Under the pieces are notes generated by a model. It searched no databases, was not told the origin of the DNA, and saw only the letters and a list, made by a program, of their open reading frames with translations. 64,000 nt of DNA, taken from assembly GCA_051530055.1 (NCBI GenBank), contig CM121341.1, forward strand, positions 6,116,784 to 6,180,783, read 5' to 3'. The translations under genes and the position numbers were made by a program. This stretch comes from Neoechinorhynchus agilis (lineage: Eukaryota > Animalia > Acanthocephala). Below are positions 51,888 to 64,000 of the stretch, one piece after another. The stretch's first letter is position 1; every line of letters starts with the position of its first letter.

Positions 51888-51925
51888 TGTTATATATGTA
51901 ACTACTAATCAATGACGACGATGGT

Positions 51926-53265
51926 TTGACAACCGGCGTGCGGAAAAACGTACAAAAGCGCTGTTTCGTGATGCAAAATTGCGCTTCGAATATCAGCAAT
52001 CAGGTAAACCCTATTTCCGACATGTCTAGATTAAGGTTTGTTCCTACTATCCCCCTCCCCCCGAGTGATTGTGAAGTTTTGAATGATTGTGCACAAGTTT
52101 CCATAGGGGATCAGATGGAACATTCTATCGACGCATCAAGGTTTAAGCGTCCTGTTAGGAAAGAGGATTTCGTTATCAAAATTCCCAAAGAAGCCATGGA
52201 CACTAACTCCCCCTCCTATTTCTCGCGTTATTTCTTCGAGAAGTATTTACTGCCGAATGGTCGTGAGAAACATATGAATTTTTTGATAAAGAGGTTCTCT
52301 GTGACCAAATTCCACATCCTTTTTATTTTTTTCGATGCGGCCGGTAAAGACCTCTTTTCTAAGATGCTAGGGGAGTTAAGCATCCAATCTGTTGACCTAT
52401 CTCGTAGAGTCACCTTTCTAATGAGGAATCCTCCTCAAGACTTGGATACTACTGATTTTCGCAAAATTGAGGATGAGTTAGGTATAAAACTGGTCAAATA
52501 TCTGTTTAGACCCAACGCTAGTTCAGCCTACGCCATCCTATGTTCAGCTACTATCAATGTCGCCGAGAGTCTAGCTAACTCCGGCAGGGGTTTTTTCTCA
52601 TACTGGGTCACTTTCGACCGATACAGGGACTCTATCTATGATTATAATTTGACGATATGTCAGAGGTGTTCGAGATGGGGGCACCACGAATCTGACTGTG
52701 TCTTCCCCTCCAGATGCATCTTTTGTGCAGGTCCTCATCACAAATCATCTTGCTCCAATTCTGATGCTGCTACCTGTGCAAACTGTGGCAAGAATCATCC
52801 GGCCTTTGCACGTTCTTGCAAATTCGCGCAAAAATATTTTGACGATTCCATACCATCGAAGCAGCGAGTATTCCATAATTCTAGTTATAGAGAATTCTAT
52901 CCACAACATAATCCTTTCTCTTCGGACGGTTTTTCCTCTAAGGAGTCGAAGACTCAACCTTCCCCCGATGGTCACAAGCCTAAACTTCCCCCAAACCTCC
53001 GGAAAAATCCTTTCTTGATAGTTTAAAATCTTCCATTAATACTTCTCAACTTTATCCCGATAAAGAAATTTCATTACTTAAGTACATCCTTACTTTGATC
53101 CTTCACAAACTGCAAAATCTTTCTACACCAGACTCTACCTCCGACAATTTTTCTAGATTATTTAACTTTAATAACTGGATCGATTGTGAAAATTATAAAA
53201 GAGATATTTCCCCATCTTTGCGTAACTTGGAATCTATAGATTCCAAACGTCCTAAATTCATTTAA
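51926..53265 (+). pseudogene. LINE ORF1 with a 1-nt deletion frameshift near 52990; the corrected frame ends at TAA 53263-53265
   Basis: Compared with the minus-strand copy (CTTCCCACCAAACC versus CTTCCCCCAAACC), one base is missing; the downstream frame reads ...ISPSLRNLESIDSKRPKFI*. Confidence 0.8.
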
Positions 53266-55706
53266 TGACTTGTTCCAATTATAAGGAATGCCCTTTCTCT
53301 TTCATCACATATAATGCCTCTAGGGCTTCTAGTCTTCCTAATTTTCTTACTCCTTGTGTAGTTGATAACTATGTTAACATGCTGTGTTTTCAAGAAACCG
53401 GCTTTTCTAAAATGCTTCTCTTCGATAATTATGATTCTCATGTTCTTCTCCCTCGCTCCACATCAACCAATCAGCACATTGGATTTTCTGGAGGACTTCA
53501 AACATTTATTCTTAAATCTCACTCTTCTAAAATTTTATTTCAAACTAAAAATATTTCTTTTGCAATGCAAATTATTTCTTTTAATAATCCCTTATATGGA
53601 ACCTCATCCCTTTTCTCTCCTACTCTTATCCTTTGCAACTTGTATATTCAACCCAGAAACGTGGGTATATTTACTAAATCTTTTATGCATATCCTCCGTT
53701 ACTGGAATCCTGACTTTATCGTAGGCGACTTCAATAGTAATTTTTTAAATGCTTTTAGGCCCTTTTTTAAGTTTCACAATTTTTTGCTCCCCAAATTTCC
53801 TTTTCATAATTTTAAATCTAATAGACATACCTTCTTGGATGGTGCAATTATTAAAAAGTCAATTCCTATTTTATTTTATCCTGCTTCCCAACTTCAGTCA
53901 CAGAGATTGTTAGGGCATGACTTTATCCTTTTTAAATCTAATGGCATCTCTCTTAAGGACACTTTCGTTTTTAATCCTAAAAGCTTTTCAAATTTTAATA
54001 ATGATCTCCTTTCTTTTATGAACTCTTCCACTTCATCCTCCTTATCTGACTTTAACAATGCCATTTTATCCTCTGTACATAAAAATTTAATTACTAAGTC
54101 TGTGATCAAGCGACCTCCTGTTTGTCATGAAGCCAACATATTTTATAAAAATGCTGTTATAGCTGACTTGTATGGTAACGCTCCCCTTAAAAACTTATTT
54201 ATGAAAAAATTTTACACAGCTAAGTTTTATCATCAAGTTTCGTTGGACAAAAAGAAGCTGATCTCTCTTAAGTCCTTTGGTAAGGACTTTTGGTCCTGTA
54301 TTTTGAAAAGAAGACCGGTCTGTTGGAAGGCAAAAGCATCTAACTGGATAGGGTCTATATCTTATCCTGCAGTAATTGAGTCTATTTTGATGGCACATAC
54401 TTTTAGTGCATGTTCTTCTCCTCCACTTCCCATCTTTAATAAAAAGTCCTTTTCGTGGAATTTTGAAGTTGAAGTTTTTCTGGAGGCCTGTAAATCTAAC
54501 CCCTCTAAAGCGTATAATATAAATGGCACTTCACCCATAATTTTTAGTTCTATTTCTGATAAGGCAAAATCTATCTTTTTTAGTAGATTTCGTTTATCGA
54601 AAATTGATTTTAATGATCTACTTAACATAAATATTGTTAAGAAAATTTTTATTCCCAAAACGAAAGGACGTATATTTAACGCATCCCACATCAGAGTAAT
54701 TTCCACACAGAACCCAATCGTCTCTTGCTTAGAAAGAGCGGTGAACGGGAAACTGTATGACTTTTTAGTATGTAGAAAGCTAATCCCCGACTTTTTCCAT
54801 GGCTTCATTAGAGGTAAAGGTGTCACATCGCTTTTATCCTCTCTTAATTCTATGAATGAAGCTATTAATGTACAAAAACTTCTCATTCAGCTGGATATTA
54901 ATAAGGCTTTTGATGCCTTGGATCGTGGCTTTCTTTATGAGGCTTTAGTTAATCTTAAAGTTCCTCTTAATCTTATCTACAAAACCAACTATCTTATGGA
55001 ATCCAAGTCCTTTTACTATGAGGTGGACCCTTCTCACACTAAATTTTTCTCTAGATATGGTGTTCCTCAAGGATCTCCACTCTCGCCCACCTTATTTTTA
55101 ATTGCCCTTATATATATTTTCAAAAATCTAAAGAAATCATCTTCCATATTTCCTTTAGTTTATGCGGATGATATATTCTTATTTTGTAAAGCTAGAACAT
55201 CTTCTATTCTAACGAATAATATAGCCAATTTTATGCAATCTTTGTCGTCGGAACTTAGGAAAGCCAATTTAGTTACGAACAATAACAAAACTTTCTTTAT
55301 TCCACTGACTAAAACTTTGGCTTCGAGGAAGCTTCTAATTAATGAATTATCTTCTAATTTCAATTTCCCTAATATCAATTTTAGATCGCATTCCAAGATT
55401 TTAGGTGTTGATTTCCCCTGTAAAAATCACAGAATTTTTATAAACTCTTCCTTTAAAAGTCTTCTGACAAAAACAGATATTTTTATTAAAAGAGCCAAAA
55501 GGTTATCAATTTCCCCACCTTTTATTTCTAAAGTGTTAAAAATATTTCTAGGGGGTTCAATATGCTTTTTCGCACGAGGCCGGCCCCCAGAAAACAGACT
55601 ATCATTTTATCTTACTATGCTGAATAAGCTTAGCAGTATTCTTATTAAAAATAATATTGATACGGAACCCCTTTTTTCCTTTTTAACAAGAATTTTTTTT
55701 GTCTAA
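53265..55706 (+). CDS. LINE ORF2: APE endonuclease + reverse transcriptase (813 aa; possible frameshifted extension to 55908)
   Basis: FQET, GDFNS, IFIPKTK, RVIS, HGF, LDINKAFD, GVPQGSPLSPTLF, YADD and ILGV; no RNase H recognised. Confidence 0.93.
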   Translation: MTCSNYKECPFSFITYNASRASSLPNFLTPCVVDNYVNMLCFQETGFSKMLLFDNYDSHVLLPRSTSTNQHIGFSGGLQTFILKSHSSKILFQTKNISFAMQIISFNNPLYGTSSLFSPTLILCNLYIQPRNVGIFTKSFMHILRYWNPDFIVGDFNSNFLNAFRPFFKFHNFLLPKFPFHNFKSNRHTFLDGAIIKKSIPILFYPASQLQSQRLLGHDFILFKSNGISLKDTFVFNPKSFSNFNNDLLSFMNSSTSSSLSDFNNAILSSVHKNLITKSVIKRPPVCHEANIFYKNAVIADLYGNAPLKNLFMKKFYTAKFYHQVSLDKKKLISLKSFGKDFWSCILKRRPVCWKAKASNWIGSISYPAVIESILMAHTFSACSSPPLPIFNKKSFSWNFEVEVFLEACKSNPSKAYNINGTSPIIFSSISDKAKSIFFSRFRLSKIDFNDLLNINIVKKIFIPKTKGRIFNASHIRVISTQNPIVSCLERAVNGKLYDFLVCRKLIPDFFHGFIRGKGVTSLLSSLNSMNEAINVQKLLIQLDINKAFDALDRGFLYEALVNLKVPLNLIYKTNYLMESKSFYYEVDPSHTKFFSRYGVPQGSPLSPTLFLIALIYIFKNLKKSSSIFPLVYADDIFLFCKARTSSILTNNIANFMQSLSSELRKANLVTNNNKTFFIPLTKTLASRKLLINELSSNFNFPNINFRSHSKILGVDFPCKNHRIFINSSFKSLLTKTDIFIKRAKRLSISPPFISKVLKIFLGGSICFFARGRPPENRLSFYLTMLNKLSSILIKNNIDTEPLFSFLTRIFFV

Positions 55707-56055
55707 AATTTGGTTTTATTCTTATTGTTATTCTAGCTGTAAATATTTTAATTACAACTCCTCAATTCTTAGAATCTTTTTCAATAAACCATCTAGTTTT
55801 TTACCCATTAATCAAACTAATATACTTAACAGGAATGAGGTAAGTGATTTTCTCATGTTATTCTCTTTTTTACAGGATCAGGACAATAAAAGGATTATTA
55901 TTACTTAAGAATTAAAAGAAGGGTTTTCGAGGCTGCTGTGAGGGGATTTAAGAGATCGTCCCACAACTCACAGCCATCTTGGGCCCGAGACATATTAGAT
56001 CAAGCAAGAAAGAGGAATTAAGAGATTGATTGTGTGTATGTTGTATGAGGCGTGA

Positions 56056-56257
<202 letters not shown>

Positions 56258-56362
56258 GACGACGTACGTCATTTGATAGATATAATCGTGTTCGTTGTGT
56301 GAGTGCGCGTTTTTAATGTAGTTTTGATATCTAATTGAATAAGCTATGAGAAATCCATCATT

Positions 56363-56372
56363 TGGCGACGAG
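56363..56372 (+). promoter_or_regulatory. Primer-binding site TGGCGACGAG (complementary to a tRNA-Ser(GCU)-type 3' end)
   Basis: Lies 2 nt after the LTR end CA; complements CUCGUCG-CCA. Confidence 0.75.
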
Positions 56373-56383
56373 TTAAACCAAAG

Positions 56384-59300
56384 TTGGAGCCAGAAAGTTC
56401 ATTCGAATTCATTAAAATATTAATGGAACAGCAAAAACGGCAGGGAGAAATCTTGGAAATACTGATGAGAGAAAGGGATAATGATAATAAAGCAAAGTAT
56501 GCAATTCCGCCATTCAAATCGTTTTGCGCTCAAACACAAAAATGGGATGAATATTCGGAACAGTTGGAGGAGTATTTCAAAGCAAGCGGGGTCACTCAAG
56601 ATGATCGAAAAAGGGGACTACTGCTTTCGTGGATGAATGTCGAGGTATTTCAATCGTTAAAAAACTCATAGCGTGTAGGAACTTCGAAGAGCTGGGATAT
56701 CCCGAATTAGTAAAGATCTTGGAAACCCATTTTGGCGACAAAAAACACGAAGTCGCCGAAAGATTTTAATTTAACAATATAAAGAAAAAATCAAATCAAA
56801 ATCACGCAGACTGGATAGCGGAATTGAGGGGAGTTGCCAAAGGTTGTAGTTTCTACAACCCAGAGATCAAAGACGAATTAGGCACCGTGAACGACAGGAT
56901 TAAGGATCTGATCATCCTACACACATCGTTACAAGCACTACGACGAGCTGTGCTCCAGAGATCTACGATCACATTAGAAGAAATCGCCGAATTAGCAGAA
57001 TGTCTGGAGCTTTCCGAGCAAACCGCTAAGCTCATTGAAGATAGGTTCGATGAAGAAAGGACGGAAGTGAACGAGGAAATAGCGGCGATTCGAAGAAACA
57101 AAGGAAGATCCGAAACATCCGCATATTCAAGAGAACGGTGCCCGAAATGTCTGCGGCGACATCCCGAACGTGATAAATGCCCCGCCCAATCAGCTAAATG
57201 TTTTAATTGCGGAAAAATTGGGCATTACGCACGAGCATGTCGATCCCGAGGACGCACAAAAGAAGCGAATTCGATTAGTTTCTTGAACGACGAGGGTAAT
57301 GGTTACGAAATCAATACAATCAACAACAGAGATTTCGATGGTCGATCGAAGATATGGGTGAAGCTCAATGGCATCAATTTGCAAACGCAATTCGACACAG
57401 GAGCGGACGTCTCGATCATTATGAAGCGGGTGTGGGAGCAAATCGGTAGACCAACATTGCACCTGGTCGAAAACGTTTTCGGGTTTAGTGGCACAAAAGT
57501 GAACTGCATGGGAAAATGCGAGGTCATGGTCGAAGTTTGCGGTAAACGACAAAAGCTACAAGCAATAGTGGTAGAAAATCCGCATGGAAAACAATGTCTC
57601 TTTGGAATCGATTGGTGCCGATCGTTCCATCTCACGATGCCCAAACCTGTGGAAGTATGCCGTCTGAATCAGGGTGATGTGAATTTCAGCAACGTTAAAG
57701 AATGGTTTCCTAGTTTATGTTTGCAAAAGAATGACCCCATAAAGCACACAAAAGTTCATTTACGAGTCGATGCAGATACACAGTGTGTCCGATTTCCGAC
57801 AAGACGAATTCCGTTCGCACTAAACAAACCGTTAAAAGAAGAACTTGACCGTTTGGTCCAGCGTAGAATTATAGAGCCTGTAGAGAAGGAGGACAATGAT
57901 GTCAGCTGGATTACGCCGATAGTAATTGTTCGGGAAAAAGACAGATCCGTGAGAATATGCGGGGATTTCCGGATCACGATTAATCTCCATTTAATTACCG
58001 ACTCATATCAGATGCCAACTACGGATGAGCTTCTCAGCAAACTGACGGGAGGAAAAAATACTCCGTTCTGGATTTGTCAGATGCATACCTGCAAGTTGAG
58101 CTCGATAAAGAAAGTAGCAAACTTTGCGTGATCTGCACACCATTTGGGCTATTCAGATACAGGCGTTTACCTTTTGGACTAACAAATGCCCCTCAGTTAT
58201 TCCAGCAGATAGTGGATGAAATGTTGAGAGACGTTCCGAATGTTGGAGTGTATTTGGACGACATAATAATAATAGGAGGGGATGATAAGGAGCATATTTC
58301 GAATCTTCGAAGGGTATTCAGTATTCTGGAAGAGAAGGGTTTTGATTTAAAGGAAGAGAAGTGCAAGTTCATGCAAACAAAAGTTACGTATTTGGGGCAC
58401 ACGTTGGAGAATGGTTGGATAAGGCCTGACGAAAAGAAGATTACGGATATAACAGCTATGGCAAGACCAACGAATAAAAGCGAGTTGAAATATTTTTTGG
58501 GTATGGTAACGTACCAAGAACGATTCGTCCCGGGGTTACAAGTCTCATGTAAATGTCTATACGAGCAGCTGAGGAAAGATAAAAGTTGGAATTGGAATAT
58601 GAAGTTACAAAGAGTCATGGAAGATGTCAAGAGAAGTATCGCCAAAGCTCAAAAAGTTGCACCATATGATCCGAATTCCCCAGTGATTGTTCGTTGCGAT
58701 GCCAGCAATCATGGATATGGCGCCGTACTCCTGCAAAAACACGATGGCGCCAGAATACAGGTCATTTTTGCATCTAGACTTTTGAGACCAGCCGAGACAA
58801 GATATGCAACCATTGAAAAAGAAGCAGGTGCAATAGTGTTCGCCATAAAACGCTTCCATCACTATTTGTATGGTCGACAGTTTGAGATAGAAACCGACCA
58901 CAAACCGCTGATACATTTGTTTGGAAGGAAGCGAAGCTTGAATATAATGACGAACAATTTATTGGTGCGCTGCGCATTGACTTTGAATCAGTACAATTAT
59001 GAGATACGCCATATTTCGGGCAAGGATAATATAATTGCAGGTTGTTTATCGCGACTACCCAACAGTGAATACGTCTCCGAACTTGAAGTTCTAGCTATAA
59101 TCCAAGAAGAAAAACTCGAAAGATGCGAGATAAATCAAGAAACGTTTATCACTGAGACAAGGAAAGACTCTCAGTTACGGCGTATTAGTAAATATCTTAG
59201 AGAAGGATGGTCCACCAAGTTACAAGATGAAGATGTGTTTCTCAGTGCTCGAAGAACGGAAATATCGATGAAAGCTGGAATAATGGTGTATCTGCAGCGC

Positions 59301-60427
59301 CTCGTGATACCGGTTTCACTTAGGAATAACGTCTTGGCACTTTTGCACGAAGGTCACCCGGGAATAGAGGCCATGAAAACGCTCACAAGGTATTACGTAT
59401 GGTGGCCCGGATTAGAAAAAGATATCGAAAAGCGAGCTGGAACTTGCGTGCAAGGCCAGATGAGCGGACCAAACAAAAAGGCAAGCTTCTGTGTACGAAT
59501 GGGATGTCCCATCCAAACCTTGGGAAAGAATACACTTGGATCTTGCAGGTCCGATCGAAGGCTGTATGTATTTAGTCGCTGTGGATGCGAGGACCAAATG
59601 GCCCGAAGTGTGGAACCTGCAGAAAATGCGACAACCCGAAGCTTCATAACCAGGCTTCGAGAGTGTTTTTCGAGATTGGGTACTCCGAGATGTATGTTAG
59701 CCGACAAATGCCTACAGTTTATAAGTGAAAAATTTGCCGTGTTTTGCAATAAACAAGGGATCAAACACATTCGAACAAGCCCCTACCATCCACAGTCAAA
59801 TGGGCTGGCTGAAAGATTCGTTGGTACTTTCAAAAGACGTACTATGGATATAATTGGATCGGTGAAAATGAAGGATGTTTGGGATTTCTTAAAACCTACA
59901 GGAATACTCCACACAAAACGACCGGTTTGGCTCCCGCAGAAATTATGATAGGACGACGTCTGAATAATAAATTGGATAATCTTAAGCCAGCGCCGGGGCC
60001 CAAGCACGATCTGAATCCATGGAGTCAAGTTAAGGATCTAAAAGAAAAGCAACCTATTTGGTGGAAGAAATCGCGTAACGATAAATGGGAGAAAGGGTTT
60101 ATAGAACAACGAACCGGACCGCGATCTTATATCATTGGCTATGGAGACCAGTGTCTGAGGCGAATTCACGATGATTATGTTAGGGAACGAATTAAAGATG
60201 AAATTAGCAAAAACCCACACGATCAAGATGACTCAAAGGTGTCGGAGCAAGACCATAAGGACGATCGAGCAATCGATGAACCAGATGCGACATCATCATC
60301 GAACAATAACGATTCAGTTCAAATGACGCAAGAAACTGATGTACCCGTTGAACAAAATACACTCAGACGAAGTAATAGAATACGTAGACCCGTTATCCGA
60401 CCATATGATGAATACCAGAGGAAGTGA
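56384..60427 (+). pseudogene. Gypsy gag-pol disrupted by stops and frameshifts
   Basis: Gag WDEYSEQLEEYF, knuckles CPKCLRRH/CFNCGKIGHYARAC, protease FDTGADVS, RT RICGDFR...VYLDD, RNase H CDASNHGYGAVL...TDHKPL, integrase HEGHPG and PYHPQSNGLAERFV; split over 56384, 56824, 58074 and 59879. Confidence 0.92.
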
Positions 60428-60447
60428 AAACTTGTAGGAAGGAGGCA

Positions 60448-60574
60448 TGCTATATATGTAACTACTAATCAATGACGACGTACGTCATTGGATAGATATA
60501 ATCGTGTTCGCTGTGAGCGCGCGTTATTATTGTGGTTTTGATATCTAATAGAAAAAGCTATGAGAAATCCATCA
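60448..60574 (+). repeat. 3' LTR (127 bp)
   Basis: TGCTATATATG...AAATCCATCA; about 9 substitutions and one 2-bp indel versus the reassembled 5' LTR (manual count). Confidence 0.93.
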
Positions 60575-61296
60575 GCCTTTTTTCCCCGTTGCTACCACGG
60601 TTCATGAGATCTTTGAAATTCGCTTGAAGTTGATCTTTGGCCCTCGAAGAAGTGTCCGTCCAGTCCATTTCGATCCGCGCTTTCCAAATATGGTCTTTTT
60701 TCGCCCTAGATATTGCGCTTCATGAGATCTATGAAATTCGCTTAAATTTGACCATTGGTCCTCGAATTAGTGTCTGTCTAATCAATTTCGATCCGCTGAT
60801 TCCCAATATGGTCTTCTTTCCCCGTAGCTACAACGCTTCATGAGATAATTGAACTTCGCTTAAACTTCACCGTTGGTCCCGAAGTAGTGTCCGTCAAGTC
60901 CATTTCGATACGCGCATTCCAAATATAGTCTTCTTTTCATCGTAGCTATTACGGTTCATGAGATCTATTAACGTCGCTTAAATTTGACCATCGGTCCTCG
61001 AATTAGTCTCCGTCTAGCCCATTTTCATCCACTGATTCCAAATATAGTCTACTTTTCTCCGTAGCTATTACGGTTCATGAGATCTATGAACTTCGCTTAA
61101 ACTTGACCGTTGGTCCCCGAATTAGTGTCCATCTAGTCCATTTTGATCCACGGATTCCAAATATGGTCTTATTTTCCCCGTTGCTATTACGGTTCATGAG
61201 ATCTATGAACTTCGCTTTAACTTGACCGCTGGTCCTCAAAGTAATATCCCTATAGTCCATTTTGATCCCCTGATTCCGAATATGGTCTTCTTTTCC
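60575..61296. repeat. ~119-bp satellite, right part (~6 units)
   Basis: AGTGTCC-type motif at 60651, 60769, 60886, 61005 and 61124; CATGAGATCTATGAA is conserved. Confidence 0.92.
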
Positions 61297-64000
61297 CATC
61301 GCCATGACGTCATCGCGATTTTTGACGATGTCATCGCCATTTTTGATAACGTCATCGCCATTTTTGATGACGTCATCGCCATGACGTAATCGCGATTTTT
61401 GATGACGTCATCGCCATTTTTGATGACGTCATCGCCATTTTTGATGACGTCATCGCCATTTTTGATGACGCCATCGCCATTTTTGATGACGTCATCGCCA
61501 TTTCTGATGACGTCATCGTCATTTTATGACGTCATCGCGATTTTTGATGACGTCATCGCCATTTTTGATGACGTCATCGTAATTTTATGACGTCATCGCC
61601 ATTTTTGATGACGTCATCGTGATTTTTGATGACGTCATCGCCATTTTTGATGACGTCATCGCGATTTTTTATGACGTCATCGCCATTTTTGATGACGTCA
61701 TCGCCATTTTTGATGACGTCATCGCCATTTTTTATGACGTAATCGCCATTTTTGATGACGTCATCGCAATTTTTGATGACGTCATCGCTATTTTTGATGA
61801 CGTCATCGCTATTTTGATGACGTCATCGCCATTTTTGATGACGTCATCGCCATTTTTGATGACGTCATCGCCATTTTTGATGACGTCATCGCCATTTTTG
61901 ATGACGTCATCGCCATTTTTGATGACGTCATCGCCATTTTTGATGACGTCATCGCCATTTTTGATGACGTCATCGCGATTTTTGATGACGTCATCGCGAT
62001 TTTTGATGACGTCATCGCGATTTTTGATGACGTCATCGCCATTTTTGATGACGTCATCGCGATTTTTGATGACGTCATCGCGATTTTTGATGTCGTCATC
62101 GCGATTTTTGATGACGTCATCGCCATTTTTGATGGCGTCATCGCCATTTTTGATGACGCCATCGCAATTTTTGATGACGTCATCGCGATTTTTGATGACG
62201 TCATCGCCATTTTTGATGACGTCATAAACCATTACGTCATCGCGATTTTTTATGACGTCATCGCCGTTTTTGATGACGTAATCGCCATGACGTCATCGCG
62301 ATTTTTTACGATGTCATCGCCATTTTTGATAACGTCATCGCCATTTTTGATGACGTCATCGCCATGACGTAATCGCGATTTTTGATGACGTCATCGCCAT
62401 TTTTGATGACGTCATCGCCATTTTTGATGACGCCATCGCCATTTTTGATGACGTCATCGCCATTTCTGTTGACGTCATCGTCATTTTATGACGTCATCGC
62501 GATTTTTGATGACGTCATCGCGATTTTTGATGACGTCATCGCCATTTTTGATGACGTCATCGCCATTTCTGATGACGTCATCGTAATTTTATGACGTCAT
62601 CGTAATTTTATGACGTCATCGTAATTTTATGACGTCATCGCCGTTTTTGATGACGTCATCGCCATGACGTCATCGCGATTTTTGACGATGTCATCGCCAT
62701 TTTTGATAACGTCATCGCCATTTTTGATGACGTCATCGCCATGACGTCATCGCCATTTTTGATGACGTCATCGCGATTTTTGATGACGTCATCGCAATTT
62801 TTGATGACGTCATCGCCATTTTTGATGACGTCATCGCCATTTTTGATGACGTCATCGCCATGACGTAATCGCGATTTTTGATGACGTCATCGCCATTTTT
62901 GATGACGTCATCGCCATTTTTGATGACGTCATCGCCATTTTTGATGACGTCATCGCCATTTTTGATGACGTCATCGCTATTTTTAATGACGTCATCGCCA
63001 TTTTTGATGACGTCATCGCCATTTTTGATGACGTCATCGCCATTTTTGATGACGTCATCGCCATTTTTGATGACGTCATCGCGATTTTTGATGACGTCAT
63101 CGCCATTTTTGATGACGTCATCGCCATTTTTGATGACGTCATCGCCATTTTTGATGACGTCATCGCCATTTTTGATGACGTCATCGCCATTTTTGATGAC
63201 GTCATCGCCATTTTTGATGACGTCATCGCCATTTTTGATGACGTCATCGCCATTTTGATGACGTCATCGCCATTTTTGATGACGTCATCGCCATTTTTGA
63301 TGACGTCATCGCCATTTTTGATGACGTCATCGCCATTTTTGATGACGTCATCGCCATTTTTGATGACGTCATCGCCATTTTTGATGACGTCATCGCCATT
63401 TTTGATGACGTCATCGCCATTTTTGATGACGTCATCGCCATTTTTGATGACGTCATCGCGATTTTTTATGACGTCATCGCGATTTTTGATGACGTCATCG
63501 CCATTTTTGATGACGTCATCGCCATTTTTGATGACGTCATCGCCATTTTTGATGACGTCATCGCCATTTTTGATGACGTCATCGCCATTTTTGATGACGT
63601 CATCGCCATTTTTGATGACGTCATCGCCATTTTTGATGACGTCATCGCCATTTTTGATGACGTCATCGCCATTTTTGATGACGTCATCGCCATTTTTGAT
63701 GACGTCATCGCCATTTTTGATGACGTCATCGCCATTTTTGATGACGTCATCGCCATTTTTGATGACGTCATCGCCATTTTTGATGACGTCATCGCCATTT
63801 TTGATGACGTCATCGCCATTTTTGATGACGTCATCGCCATTTTTGATGACGTCATCGCCATTTTATGACTATCGCGATTTTTGATGACGTCATCGCGATT
63901 TTTGATGACGTCATCGCGATTTTTGATGACGTCATCGCGATTTTTGATGACGTCATCGCGATTTTTGATGACGTCATCGCCATTTTTGATGACGTCATCG
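61297..64000. repeat. 21-bp minisatellite (TTTTTGATGACGTCATCGCCA)n, open at the right window edge
   Basis: 7-aa repeat ORFs (MTSSPFL)n reflect the 21-bp period; a GCGA variant and block duplications occur proximally, and copies are more homogeneous distally. Confidence 0.98.

Noticed and set aside
61399-63884. (MTSSPFL)n and (MTSSKMA)n repeat proteins
   Set aside because: Translations of the 21-bp minisatellite on both strands; indels switch frames repeatedly.

Overview
Eukaryotic nuclear DNA from a compact genome with fast-evolving proteins; the host taxon cannot be fixed from sequence. Layout: a ~61-copy 283-bp satellite with higher-order structure (1-17.4 kb); a 3'-truncated LINE and a 141-bp relative of that satellite; a gene cluster (WDR3/Utp12, a stand-alone Mps1/TTK-like kinase, a bacterial-type acetate:succinate CoA-transferase with a mitochondrial-like presequence, orphan ORFs); a ~295-bp satellite (34-40 kb); FANCD2, a small MED20-like gene and NPC1; a 119-bp satellite interrupted by a Ty3/Gypsy element whose 5' LTR is itself interrupted by a near-full-length LINE with a (TAA)n tail; and a 21-bp palindromic TGACGTCA minisatellite running off the right end. 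Main new observation: two intron classes appear to coexist. Ordinary introns have GTAAG donors and T-rich YAG acceptors. Four other coding interruptions (CoA-transferase, MED20-like, two in NPC1) lack GTAAG donors and are each bounded by a 9-12-bp inverted repeat of unrelated sequence. For two of them the obvious GT-AG splice is out of frame. Exon boundaries are inferred from frame and remembered family motifs, not from transcripts or database searches.
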